NCBI GenBank assembly: GCA_973895155.1 | Contig: OZ316892.1 | Location: 5,550,476 to 5,614,475, forward strand | Origin: Marsupella aquatica | Taxonomy: Eukaryota; Plantae; Marchantiophyta | Reading direction: 5' to 3' | DNA length: 64,000 nt | Part shown: positions 12,250 to 25,771 of the stretch, in pieces | How the letters are laid out: each line of letters begins with the position of its first letter | How positions within the stretch are numbered: position 1 is the first letter of the stretch | Notes under the pieces: generated by a model | What the model saw: only the letters and a program-made list of their open reading frames with translations | Databases searched by the model: none | Told to the model about the DNA's origin: nothing | Made by a program: the position numbers and the translations under genes

Positions 12250-12446
12250 ATACCTTTCTCGGCCTTTTGGCTAAGATCAAGTGTAGTATCTGTTCTTATC
12301 AGTTTAATATCTGATACGAGGGTCATCGACCCTCACGATATTAATCTAATTTCTCTCGGGTGCAGGGCCAACAGAGTAGCTTGCTGCTTCGGTCCTGCCA
12401 GTGTCGCCTTGGTATTGCACTACCTTCAAGGCAGGCGCAGCCCACC
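12250..12446 (+). ncRNA. U2: U2 spliceosomal snRNA
   Basis: Starts ATACCTTTCTCGGCCTTTTGGCTAAGATCAAGTGTAGTATCTGTTCTTATCAGTTTAATATCTGATA (branch-point pairing GTAGTA). Stems IIb, III and IV can pair; loop IV ATTGCACT; TACTTAA at about -30. Confidence 0.95.
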
Positions 12447-12705
12447 TCCCTCACAGGAGACCAATCTAATTTAAAAAGGATGTCCACTGCCAATCTACAT
12501 TCCGAATGAACTCCATTGAAAGCCCACCTCTCTAACGGGAGACCAACCTAATTTAAAAAGGATGTCAAGGGTCAATCTACATTCCGCGTGAACTCCAGAG
12601 AACGCTCATCGAAAGCCCACCTCTCTAACGGGAGACCAATCTAATTTAAAAAGGATGTCTACTGTCAATCTACATTCCGCATGAACTCCAGAGAATGCTC
12701 TCGAA
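12439..12705 (+). repeat. Three tandem ~80-92-bp copies of the U2 3' end and downstream (3'-box-like) region
   Basis: AGCCCACCTC...GGAGACCAA.CTAATTTAAAA(A)GGATGTC...CAATCTACATTCCG..TGAACTCC begins at ~12439, ~12521 and ~12614. Confidence 0.85.
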
Positions 12706-13084
12706 ATCTGGATTGAGGAATCGATGTTTTAACGCCGCCTAGCGGAATTGAATGGGTCGGTTTCTGTGATGGAGCATCAAGTACTTCGGCACCTGAACAT
12801 TACACTCAGCCCAGTGCAATCGGAACCATACGATCCATGAGCGCAAGAGTTGCGTCCGGGCATGAGCACCAAAAGAAGCTGATGCAGTTCCTCCCTCGTG
12901 GATGCGTTTCTTGTCACCGTTGAATTGTGGCGTTGGCTTCCTGAGAAAGAGTATGTGGAGAGAGCAATCTAATCTGTAAAGGATGATCCCCGTTAGCACC
13001 CTTCTGCACATCGATTTCATTCCACCTGAGTGACAGAAGAAACTGTATGCTATTCCTTACTTGGAAGAGCAATGATTTTTTTCG

Positions 13085-13590
13085 TCGTCATGGAAATTGA
13101 ATCGGTCTATTCCTGGGAGTGAGTGTTATGTAGAGGATCGATGTTATTGTCTCTGGAATTGAATCAATTGATTTCTGGGGAGTCTCGATGTTATTGTTGC
13201 TGTGTGGAATTGAATCGATCGAATCCTGAGAAGGATTATCTAGTGAGGGGGTCGATGTTAATCGTAGCTGTGCGGAATTGAATCGATCGATTCTTGGGAA
13301 GGAGTATCAAGTAGATGGATCGATGTAATCGTCGCTGTGTGGAATTGAATAAATCGATTTGTGGGAAGCAGGGTCAAGTATCTTGGCACAGAAACCCTAA
13401 ATTCAGGCAATCGATTTGTCCGGTCTCTCCCAATGGAATGTGATCCATCAGCACGAGAAATGCATTCCGCACCAGTCCCAGATTGTCGCTGTGAAATTGA
13501 TTGACTTCTGCGGAGTATCGATGTCATTGTTGCTGTGTGGAATTGAATCGATCGATTCCTGTAAGGTGGATCAAGTATGTTGGCCCTGAA
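13085..13590. repeat. Degenerate ~50-68-bp tandem repeat (TCGATGT...GCTGTGTGGAATTGAATCGATCGATT)
   Basis: About 7 copies, plus an outlier near 12720-12795. Confidence 0.75.
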
Positions 13591-14937
13591 CTGTAAACTG
13601 GCCAACGGATTTGAGAGCTAGAAGAAATGTAGTAGTTCTTAAAGAAATTATTGGACCTTAGACTCACTGATTTTGGACTACGGCACCCAGCAGTTCCTCA
13701 TAAGTCCTCTTGCGTGGAATTGTAAACGGGGTCACTCTAATCGTCCGCTCTGATCAATAATAAGAATCAAGCGTTATTTGCATAATTCCATCGTGCACTT
13801 TGTCATAGCCTCAGAGCTGCTCAATATCATTGCTGGCTCTTTCTGGATTCAGGTGAGTTGTTTCTCGAAAACGTGTGTTTTAAAAGTGGATATTTAACTG
13901 CCTCCTATGACAGGCAGGCCTAAAGAAACGTGAATCGGCAGAGCTTGCACAGCCTTGTCGATCACTTACTTACCTCGTACTATTTTCTTCGTTTCAAAGA
14001 ATGAGAGGGCTGTTTACCCTGCTCCTATAGAGCCAGACATCATTGCTTCAGTCCTACTAGGATGCTGACCGGCAACTCTTCACATGCCCTAGTCCAGGCG
14101 TTGCCGACTCGTCACCACTATCACAGCAATGTACTTTTACATGATAAACTGCTCGTGCAAGAGATGTTCTCTCGACTGAAATATAGACTGACTGGAAAAG
14201 AATATCTTTGAAGCATACAGCTTCGTCGTCTTGCCGAATGTGTCACAAGTTATTCTTGTGTCAAAGGAGGTGCCGGCTTGGCACAGAAGCTGTCCCAACA
14301 CAAATTTCTTATCTCGGGAAAATCTTGTGAGCTGGCCGGGCCTCAATACTTATCTGATGGTCAACGCCAAGGTCTAATGATCAATCGGCAGAGAATGAGA
14401 AGGGAATTGAGCGTTCGTCGACGTCAGCAGCAGTCATCCTAATTCAGTGGAAAGAACTGCTGCAGTGACCACCATATTGTCCCGTCTTACATTATGTTCA
14501 CATGAAATATGACGGTGGGCTCCTTTCTTAGAGTTTGGAACAGTGATCAAACGCACTGTAGAAACACGCCCCACGTTCGAATTGCAGCAGGTGGGGAAAC
14601 ACTTCCTTGAATGCTTATATCCTCCTTTCGAACAGGTGGGTCCTGTCTCCTGATCTTTTGCATGTTAGAAACGAACACTTTAGACGAAAAGGTGCACGGA
14701 AAGGTTGAGAAAGTGCATGGAACCTGAGTCCAATTTACAACATTTTTTGAACACAGACCACCTTTCCTGCTCATTACTGACAGTGGGATCAAAGCTAACA
14801 TTACAAATGGTAAGCAGCATGATTACCGAGGGAAAAAAAAATTAAAAACATTCTAAGAGCAAGAGGATGGGCCCAAGCTCAACGCGAAGCCCTCACCCAT
14901 CAATGTGAGGCCATCACCGTTAAGAAGAGAAACACTA

Positions 14938-15105
14938 TCCCTCATAGAAATGAAATACAAACGATGGCGCGGATGTTAATACAGAGCAAAGTAATTGAAG
15001 CTGTTCAGTGAATACATAAATAATCCCTCACAGAATTGAACTACAAAACATGGCGCGGATGTTCAGTAGAGAGCAAAATAAGTGATGTTGTTCAACGAAT
15101 ACATC
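14938..15105. repeat. Two ~86-bp direct repeats
   Basis: TCCCTCA.AGAA.TGAA.TACAAA..ATGGCGCGGATGTT...AGAGCAAA...TGTTCA..GAATACA occurs twice. Confidence 0.7.
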
Positions 15106-15959
15106 CACAATACATATTTAGTAGATGATCTTTGAAACGTGAGTACATCTGAAGAATACCAAAGTTGCCGAAACTACAAGCACCCAGCATACTAAAATTC
15201 TGCTTGCCATCATTATCACCACTGCTTAAATTCTCCAATTCACGACATTGTGCCAATTCACACAATACGTGACAATCAAGAAAATGACAACTCCGTTGGC
15301 CAGTCCACCCAACCCATGAGATAAGCGACAGACAACGTCAAATGATGGAAATAACTTTAAGAGATTGCTGAATGGCTCCACCAAGGACCTTCGGGGCAGA
15401 TTTGTGAACGAAAGTTTATGACCACCAATTGCCGTGAACGGAAATAAGGGTACAACAACATCGGAGTTAGATGAATAATCTTCGGCAGCGCTGATAACAA
15501 GTTCTCCTTTCAGGGGACAAAAATAGAATGGGCTGATTTTGTATTGCAGGACGTAGTGAAATTACACATTCCACATTTATCATTACTCTCTTCGTGAAAT
15601 ATTTTGCAAGGCTACCCCGAAGACGCTCTTGCCCATCAATACTGAACTGATCTAGCCAAAAAGTACATGTGTCCGAGAAGAAGATTAGCTAAGGCCTGAT
15701 ATAAGACCGTCACGATATTGGACAAAGTAGAAGTGAGAGAATACTCCCGTGAATCTTTCAGTCTCAACTATCGAGCCAGAAATCTTAGGGCTAGGATTCA
15801 ATTTCGAGATTCCTGCTTACAAATGTCTCAAAGACGTCAAATTTCAATATTTCTAAACCACTCTCTGCAGCTAGCAATTGGTGACTCAGTTAAAATTGTG
15901 AGCTACTAGAAACTCATGATCTAATCAAGGGAGGTGAACTATCAGTCACTCCAGTCTTC

Positions 15960-17554
15960 TTACGCCGGCAGGGCATCCTCATTAACCTCATCTTCTTTCT
16001 TGGCTTCTTCAATTAAAGCCAAGAGTGTCCGCAAGACGTCCTTTCTATTTTCCTCACGCTGATCGAATCTGAAAGAATACCAACCAAACTTAATGTCAGT
16101 TCACTGCTCCTCCTTGAGATCAAGTCAACTACGAAGGTCTTCCCTGTTCCACAGCTATCAAGGAAGTCTAGAGCTTAGAAAAGGCATGCCGTCTACTACT
16201 TGTGTCCGCATGTTCTCTTCTATCTATTCCTTACGACCAAATTTGAGTGAGGAGTTATGGCAAATACCTCTCACTAATAATAGTCAATTCGTCTTTGTTT
16301 GGGTTGTAACGTTTCCCCACCATAAACAGCAGCCGCTCTTTTTGTACAGGTGTTAGCCCAAGCTCCTTCACGTAGACTGAAACTTTGACCTTGCGGTTCT
16401 TTGGGTGAAATGCATCTCCTCCGGGACTCAACACGACCCTCGTCTCCCACCTCAAAATCGGCCCCTCCCCAGGGGGCTCATCTTTTGGAGCACCCTTTTT
16501 GGGATATGCATCCGCTAAATTTCCATCGGCACAGGGAGACAAAAAAATCAAAACACGAAATTACACAACACGCACATGCCAATGATAGAAATAGTAGTGT
16601 TGCTCTTGGCAAAGAAGAACTGCTTTCCAATCTATTGCATAGCGTTTCAATTCATAATTTCGTTTCTTCTCTTTTTCTGTAATATACGTGTAACAGTGAA
16701 TTTTCGTGTGTTACAGCCACACGAATGTGTATGAGGTGCATCCAAACCTGAGATCATGTCATAGAATGTAGGGTGGCCCATCCATTCTTCAAAAATCGGC
16801 CGCGCATCATACAGATGTTCAATCGTTTCATCGACTGGAATCTGTGCCAACTCATCTTCAAAGTCTTGGTCATATCTACCGAAACGTTGTTTCTTGGTGA
16901 GCTTCTTCCGTCTCACTGGCTTCTCCTCTGCAGGCTTGTCCCCCTCTGCGGAAAATGATTGATTGAGATGATAAAAGAGAGATCTCTAACAGATTACGTC
17001 CACAGTGCACCCTAGGTGGAGCAGAGATGCTGAAACATTGAACACGTCTGTCGACCCATGGGTACATCATCATACAGCAAAGGCAACTAACAGCAGACTT
17101 TGATGCAATCCGTTTCTTTTCGACTACCTTTTCGACCTTAACATCCTCACAAATAATTCTAGGGTTTTTCGTCTCTCTCTGCCCCTCCTCTGTGAATCTC
17201 TCGTTAGCCGAGATTTCCTGCTTACATGCAACTTCTGTCTCTCTTCAAAACATAATCTAGTTTGAGGACCGGCATTTTGGAATCCCGTTTCCGCCGAACT
17301 CCACACTTGCTAGTGAAGAAACCCGAGGGTCAAATGGCAGCTACAGTACCTGCAGGCGGTGGAGAGCCGTCATCGGCCCCAGAGTACTGTCTCACAGCAG
17401 AACCCCAGCTATCGAAACACGAGGTGGGCTGCTGCTGCTGCTGTAACCCAAACAGGGACGATGAATTGGGAGCACGGCAAAGATTCAGACCCAAAACTCG
17501 CGACGACAGAGAACGAGAAGAGCGCCCCAGAATCGATGCGACTGCTTTCTGCAT
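15960..17554 (-). CDS. Mitochondrial small-subunit ribosomal protein mS35 (S24/S35 family), 4 exons: 17554-17350, 16945-16748, 16514-16268, 16068-15960
   Basis: Arg/Ser-rich presequence; LRWETRVVLSPGGDAFHPKNRKVKVSV..KELGL...RL..MVGKRY....DELTIISERFDQREENRKD; in-frame GT-AG junctions. Confidence 0.88.
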
Positions 17555-18568
17555 CTTTCTCGATCAATCTTCTCAAGTCTGCATTCCCAGGCTGCATGAC
17601 ACACGAGATGAGGTCTGCATTCTAAAAGTCTATACCACACTGAAATCAGTGATCCATGTCTGCATTCTAAAAGTCTATACCACACTGAGAGCAGTGATCC
17701 ATCGCTGAAATCTCTCGTTAGCCGAATCTGCGTGATCAGAAGTTGTAAGACCCAGGAGCCCGTCAAGCCATTGGCAGTGACACCCTTTACAGACCTTTAC
17801 ACCTTCAATCGCTCACACCAAAGTATTTTTTAACGATTTTCGTGTTTAGCCAGTGTGTATGTTTTAAGCCAGCCTCTCTAAGGAAGGAGATCTCTAAGGA
17901 AGGAGATCTCTAAGGAAGGAGATGCGAGGTACATTCTTTATCAGTTTGGGGGCCCTTGGCTTGTTTTTTCTTTGGGCCCTTTCCCCTCTTTTTCTCCCCT
18001 TTATTTGGGCTGCTTTGCCACTGGGACCTTGTCTCCCTGTTTGGCTTTTTTGCCCTTGGGCATTGTGATATATATATTTATCAGTTTCTCCTGAATTATT
18101 TCCTGAATTATTTCCCTACAGTCAGATATCCTTAGATTTACAGACTACCTTTAGATTTTGGTGAATGTGGTCCATGATTTGGTGGGAATGGAGAATAGAA
18201 TACAAAGAATCTAGCCAGTCTTTTGGCAAACACTTTTTGCGGAGTTTTGCAAAAATTTGCATCGAGAAAAAGGCTGGTGCACACCCTTCTCGTTACCCTT
18301 CTCGCATCCTTCTCGCATCTCCTTCAATTAGGGGGTCTTAAATTTCAAGATTTGATGCATCTTAGCTCAGTAGTTAAAGTGACCGGCTAGTGAAAAGAAT
18401 AACCAAAAAAACAGTTTTACATAACCTGTGCTAAAGCTATGTTCATTTGTTTATGACCAAAAGCCATCACCCCTAACTTTGAAGCTTTTAGCTGCCCTAA
18501 TCTAGTTTTCACATACATAAATGTTGTGTATGTCAAAATGTTATGTATCTCAAAATGCTATTGATGAT

Positions 18569-18630
18569 GTATGTTATGTATGTCAAATGATACATAACCT
18601 TTAAAATATCATTTGACATACATAACATAC
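18569..18630. repeat. Perfect 24-bp inverted repeat (14-nt loop) within a foldback-like AT-rich segment (~18520-18730)
   Basis: GTATGTTATGTATGTCAAATGATA (18569-18592) and TATCATTTGACATACATAACATAC (18607-18630). Confidence 0.8.
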
Positions 18631-19765
18631 TTAACATACATCATTTCAAAATGATACATTTGACATGCATAACATACATGATGACCTACATAAATGATGA
18701 GATGTTTTTTATGTCAAATTGATGATCATGCATGATGATTTGTCATCATTTTATTAAGGTTCATAGAATGGGCATTCAAGCTTAGGTGAAGACTGAGGAG
18801 ATGGAATTCACAGTGGAGTGCTCCTTGCTATCAACAAGGAGCTTGTATGCTGTCTGGATTTGCCATTTATTTCTCATTATCTTTGAAATGCTAGGTTAGC
18901 AATAATACCTTTTGTTCATATATTATTGCTAAGCTAGCTTAGTATCTATAAACGTCCATTTTAGATAGGATACATTCAGAGAGAATAAAGTTCCTAGTCA
19001 TACGTTTAGATGTGATCAACATACACCAAATCATATCTCCATTGATATTAGTCATCACAAACCATCGTATCTCCATATTAGTTATCAGAGGCCTTGGGAT
19101 GCAAGAAAATGCATTTTGCCATGAAAACAAAATGTTGAAACGTGTCCAATGGACATCTACCTATCCAATCGGGACATGTAACTATATAATCGAGATTGAA
19201 AGCTACACTTCACAGCTTGCGGTTTAGAGTGAGGCTTGTGGACTCTGCCTTTGGGGTGTAACTGAAGTTGGTGTGGAAAATGGGGATGGGGGCAGGGTGA
19301 GTCTCAAAAAATGGCTGTTAGGTTGGACTCACCCTGAACATAAGGCCCCCACCTCTATGGGCGTTCAAAGACCCAGCACTCAGGCTAGTATACAAAATCC
19401 TGGGCATATCATGAACTCAAAAATAGGCACTTTGGCCTGCTGATTCAGACCAGGTTTGCCATGGACTAGGCTTGGGGTTCAAACTTTCCTGTATTTTGGT
19501 TGTTCTCTTCCAGAAAACAAGTGGCATAGTGTTGTCACCGCTGTTTAAACCTGTTCCAAGGGTATTCACCTCATCTAGATAACGCAGTGTTATCTACGAA
19601 TACAGGTGCAAAGCTCCATCTCAGTACAATTGAAAGGAATGCTGAGCAATGGTGAAATCTTGCGGTGGGTTGTAGCATCACCGAACTAAACCCACCTATT
19701 TTTGGACTCTGCCAGTGGAAGTGCTGCAAAATTTTAATTTGAGGTAGACCAGTATATATATAATT

Positions 19766-22700
19766 TCATTTTCTCATGGTGTTCAAATCCAGTAAGTGGC
19801 GCATAGTTGGCCGACCATGTGGACAATTCCAAGGGGAATCCAGTTCTGCTAGATGAGACAGTATCTGCAAAGAGAGCAACATCCACCAAGTTGACACGAA
19901 TCAGGAGTGTTTTTCTTAAACCGTCATTCGCCATCTAAAAGGCGGAGGTGTCCAAGACTTCTCCCTTTTTCACATTCCACTCATTCTTCTCCTCTCCTAT
20001 GCTATTTTGTTCCACAATTTCAGAAAAAGGGTACAGTTTATGACGAAACCTGGTGGATCTAGGTTTTGTCATGCCTAGTGGGGGTTAAAGACAGACGATG
20101 GCTCAACTTCTCAATACACGCAGGAGGAAACCGTAGAAAATTTCTTACCCTTTCCATTTCTGCTTTGCTCAAAGGATCACCAATCATAACAGATGTCCTG
20201 CATGCTCGTGACGCTAACATAGCTCTGACTCGGGATGGGCGAGGCAACAAACTACAGGCCTTCTGAGTCGTTGATAACACAGCTTCGTTAGCAAGAAGCG
20301 AGATTAATTCCTGCACATCTGAGCAAGATGGAAGTATTTCAATAAATGTGAAGGACTTGTTCAAATTCGAACAGTGAGGATGACGTGATGTAATGACCTC
20401 AAATCAGTTAACTATCTTCACGCCAGAAGTCTCCAAAAGTGAGCCACCTATCCCCCAAAACGTCAACCTAGACACAAAATGCATTCCAATTGCATGCTAG
20501 ACCTCTACCGAAGCTCGCTGAAGAAAATGTACCTCCAATACCAAAGGTTACATTTTGGCTGAAAGGTACAGCCGATAACTGAAGTCTTTGACCTGCTAGT
20601 GCGTTTTCCTGTTCAACAAAATCAAAGCCATTTTGTCTGGTGGCATCACAAGGTCCACAATTCAAGTCAGTAAGAGGTTTCGACCGAGCAGGATCTACCC
20701 TCAACTGACAGTATCCACGCACCATAATAGAATCCCCACAAAGGGCTTCGCCTCTACTAAAGCATATTTAGTTATCCAACGAGCAGATTGCCTGTGGTAA
20801 GGATTTCAGACTTGTCTAAATCATTTTCGACAAAAATGATTTGTGTCTCAAGCCTCCATCCATTGGCTTCTTGTCCAAGGATGTACAAAGTTAGTTAGGT
20901 ACCTGAAGGTCTCTATGTGCGATATTACAGTCATCTCTTCAGCAGCAGTAAGCTCCAGCTGCGACGGCCTGCAGAACATCTTAACATTAAAAGAATCCAC
21001 GGCTTGCGAGAGAGTTACGACAACTTTTCAATTTCAGCAAAACTTGGACATAGAGAAAGGAAGTTGTAATTTATCTATTTTTCGAGTCCAACCTCCGACA
21101 AGATCCACTCTCAAAACTCAGTCAGGAACGATTTGGTTCTTCGTAAACTATTTGTACCTCAGGAGAGGTTGACGATTGAGCACAGTTGCCTTTGAAAGCC
21201 GTTCAAAATTGTATTTCTCATCTGAAGCATGCTGCCATTACAGTAACACCCGTCAAAATGGGAAGCTTGGAAGTGAGCGGTAGAAAAATGCAAAACAAGA
21301 AGCTCCCAAAGCTATTTGACATCAAGATAGTGGCACTGAGCGGAACGGATCTCCGACTTTCGGAATACAGGCTTATAGGAACCATGACTTGAACCTGATC
21401 AATGATAAAGACGTCGTCATCGATCTTGGCCATAATGAAGCCCAAGTTAAACTGACCCAAAACCTGCCCAACCACTACTTCAGGATCAGATATGCTTGCG
21501 GCATTAGGAAAAACGACCCATAAATTCCAACAACACGCTCGGATAGTATCCCAGAGAGAGCATTGAGCTTGGCTGCAACAGTGCATGCCGTAAAAACCAA
21601 CTCGAGATTTAGGAACTCTACCTACTTCATTCCTTTCAAACACCTAATTCGAAAGTACATTAGGACATGTCACAAAACGTTGCCAAAGGAAAAGAGGAAA
21701 TTATAGTGTAGATTGGGTGGATTTGAGAACCTGCATTCTCTTAAAATCACCCTTATTGAAGCTGCGCTCCAGCTCCGTAGCTGCAGCTTTCAAGACTGCT
21801 GCCTTCTCAGTATCATCTTTTCCAACAGCACCCAGCGTGGCCGCAGCATAACCACTGTTTTTCAGACCAAGCATTGCTGTTGATTACTATCAGATTTGGT
21901 TACCCTTGTACAGCAGTCTACCTGAGAAATCTGGACGTCAACATCTCCAACACTAAGAAAGCTAGTCAGAGTAGATACAAAATGCTGACTAGGTTCATTC
22001 GGCTTCATTCTCACCTTTTCCTCTTTGGCAAGTGTTTCCCACCCGAGGAGGTTTTGTAACTAGGCTGTAAAGAGAAATCTAGCTTCCTTTGTAGTTTTTC
22101 TTTATCCATTTGAATCACCGCCCTTTGCTGAGATGGTGACTTCGTCTCTTGCTCAGTGTGAGACACTGTCGTTTCAGAATCATATTTGCTTCTGCTTTCG
22201 ATCAAGACTTGTGTCCTTTCTTGCTGTACTTGGCTATCGTCTTCTACATTTCCCAGAATAGGCTCTTCAGATTGAGCAACTTTCCTCCTCCAGTTAGAAT
22301 CTTCTAGTCTTTGTCCCGGGACTTGGTTGACACTTTTACTGCTGGATTTAACAGACCCTGCACACATGTGAGGTTCTCGAGACTGACTTCCTTCTACCCC
22401 TTTACGTCTTAGCTGCACCGTTCCGGTATCGACTTTAGTTGCCGTTGATGACCTGAACAGCGAGCTTGTATCCAATTTGCCATTTGAACAGGGCACCATC
22501 GTTCTCAGTTTAACTGATGCTTTGCTTGCAGGAATGGCATCCAGGTCATTTTCTCCCAAGGGAGGAAGCACAGTCTCATCCTCGGCTGTACAGTTCCCAT
22601 TGTGAGACGCAGTCAATTTGTCCAATCCACATCCATCGGATGTATTAGATACCAGGTCATCCTCGTCATGCATATCATCAACATCTTCTTTCCCATCTTC

Positions 22701-25598
22701 GTCATCATCCTTTCTGGTAGAGCCCAACTGCCTCCACCGCTTTAAAAGTGGCACTTCACTTAGGACATCACGCGACTCTTCCACAGGCCTCTTGACTCGA
22801 GATCCACAAGGCACGAGGGTAGCTTGCATTTTTTTCTCAGGAAATGCATTCGCCCGACTCTTCGCTCGTGAAGCAGAGGTTTCAGTGGAATCATTTGTGG
22901 CTTTGAGTTGGAAGGATTCGAGAGACAATGGAGCCCTTCCAGAGACGCTCGTCTCAGTTTCAATAGCCCCTTCAGATGTGCAAACCACAAATTCTTCCTT
23001 TTCTACTTCTGCCTCGTCATAAGAGCATGCATCTATTGAAGCATCTAGTTGGAAAGGACTGTCAGAAATTGTCCTTCGTTTCCCCACTTTATTCTCTGAA
23101 GACGTCCCTTTTTGAGACAGGCGCCCACTTTCCAAGCTGTTGACTGCGTATGTATATTTTGTAGGGCTGTACGCTTTCTCAAGAGTCTCTCTAAGAGCTC
23201 CCAAAAGCTCATTTTCAGAATGTAGGAAAAGCTTTCGTTTGTCAGGTGTTACATTCACGTCATACGCTGAGGTTGGAAGGATGAAGTTGAGCACCGCCAT
23301 TGGGTACTGGACGGAGTTGAACGACCTATATAGCTCATTCAGTAACTTGGCAACTTTGGGCAGGTCTACAGGTCGGCCGTTAACATAGAAAAACTGACGA
23401 TCTCCTGAAGGACGACCAGAGCCTGCACCTGGCTTCGACACAAACCCTTCGACACTGCAAGTGTCGGATATCACGAGATCCAGCTTTTCCATGCAAGAAG
23501 CTGTCTTTGTTCCAAATACTGTAACAAGATTATCCCTCATTGATGTATTTCCCTGTGTTTGGACTACAACATTACGGCCTCCCTTCCCCGCTTGATGGCT
23601 ACATATGATCCGGACTCCATTTGCAACCAAAGCATATGCCTGAAAGCGCAAGCCGCATACTTCAGATGACCAGCAAGAAAGATTGAGATATAATCAACAG
23701 AGTTTTCGTGATAACTCAACTCCCAGACATGTAACATACAGCAAAGCTTGCAGGCTTCCCAAGTAAACAGGGTAGGCAAATTGCACCGGTCATGACTTCA
23801 AGATGCTCTGTTTGGGCGGGAATTGCTTTCCTAACAAGTAAGATCCCAGTTTCCTGCATTGGCACCTCCATCACTATCCTAGAATTTGGAGGGGGCATTG
23901 AAGGTCGGACGATATACAAGATAAGACTTGAACTTAATTTTCAAGAAGAATTAAGAAACCTGGATATTGAACTCGACGATGCCTCTGGTCATGGATATAT
24001 TGCAAATAACCAGGTGAGTCAAACCTAGACTCTGCCACCGCAACGAAGATCTAAGACTGAGAGATTGGGTGGAAGAGAGTGGATAGCAACAACGAATACC
24101 AACTGGTTAAAGGTCACAAAACCCAGAAAAACTGCAATGAAAGTCATTTCTATGCCAATGGACTTGACGAATGCAAGGTGGAAAGAGAGAATAATTACCT
24201 GAAGGACAGACAACAGCCGCCCATACTCCCGCCGAAGGTTATTCTCACGCCTGAACTCCTTGAAGCGAACCGGTAGTGGGGAGAAGAGCTTTGCAACCGA
24301 TACAGTGGTTCCAACCGACCGAGCAACATTTTCCTGAGAAACAATCTTTCCCGAGTGATCATACTCCAGACGCACAGCAATTGGGTCATCCTTAGTCCTT
24401 GTAATGATGCTCACCTTTGCCAAGGCACAGAGAGAGCTTAATGCCTCACCCCGAAATCCAAACGAATGGAGAGACTGCAAATCTGCGAACTTCGAAATTT
24501 TCGAGGTATGGTACTTCAGCGTCAATCCCTGGAACATAGCATTCAGGTCAAATGAATTACTTTGGAACTGTCATCTCATGAGCTTTGGACGCTAGGTCAT
24601 TGCTGAAGTAGCCGCTGTAAGATCAAAGTACAGAAATTGATTCAAGAATTGATTTGGGGATTCAAGAGCATTCTAAACAGATTACAGACTTGATTTGGAG
24701 ATTTGACTACATTTTAAGAGTCATGTCATTTCGATGTTGTAAACAGCTATTGTAAAGCATTGTAAACAGATTCATACTTGACTTCGAGATCCAGAAGAAT
24801 TCTAAAGAGAATGCTGCACGTGTATGTTATTCTTCGAATGAAATCTTTAAATCCCACATTGACTCTCACAACTCACAGATTCAACTTTGGCTCAAGGGGA
24901 TCTCGAACTGAGGGGATTCAGCCAACATGGTGCTCTTTCAAAAATTGTTGTTATCAGGATCCCTATTTCACCTACAAAAACTACTACGCCTATCAAGATT
25001 TTTTCCACGGCTCGTCACTCAGAATCCAGTTTCAATGAAGAGGCCTTGCCCTTCCAAATTCAACAAAAAAATTATTAAGACGGAGAGCAAACGCTCCTAT
25101 AGGTTCCAGTCTAACTACGTCTCGCTTTCCTTTGCCCTAGACTTACGTTATTCTATTACTTCTAGTGCTCTGACCTTGGACTGCTTTCTATCTCTGCCGC
25201 AATTGGGCATTTGTGGACTGTGGAATCAAATAACTGATACTGAGCATTACGAAACAAATTCATAAGCCTCAACTCTTAAGTCCATTCATTCATTCTGAAA
25301 GTTCTAAAAATTAGTCTGGGTTGGAAGGGTTTGTAGAAAGTAAAAACAGAAGGCAACTTGCCTCGTAATTGTCTGGGGAAACTCCGGTGCCGTTGTCGGC
25401 AACTTCGATGATCTCAGCTCCATGATCTTTGAGACGAATGTCAACATTGGTAGCCCCGGCGTCCAAGCTATTCTCCACCAGCTCCTTCACGGCAGTAGCG
25501 AGGTCCAGAACCACCTGCCCGGAACAAATTCTGTGAACGGCAGCTTTATCAATCGGCTTGATCTTCCCCTCGACACCGCTAGCAGCAGCAGCAGCCAT
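19766..25598 (-). CDS. PMS1: DNA mismatch repair protein PMS1 (PMS2 ortholog, MutL-alpha endonuclease), 10 exons: 25598-25362, 24528-24199, 23639-22015, 21854-21731, 21463-21395, 21231-21158, 20968-20903, 20636-20533, 20318-20149, 19864-19766
   Basis: [53 protein letters not shown], endonuclease motif [26 protein letters not shown]. The first intron is GC-AG. Confidence 0.96.
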
Positions 25599-25771
25599 GG
25601 TCTCTTACACCAAGGACGCTTGTGCCTCGAGCGGCACAATCTGTTCAAAGAACACTGCTCTCCATCCCTTCCTTCCACTGCATCCACACTACTACAACCT
25701 TCCCGAAACTGAACAGGGCAAAACAACGTGCGAAGACCCCTGAAAATCCACAATCTCGTTGACCCAACAAT

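Noticed and set aside
13085-13590. CRISPR-like repeat-spacer appearance
   Set aside because: Eukaryotic context, degenerate repeats, spacers related to each other and no cas genes.
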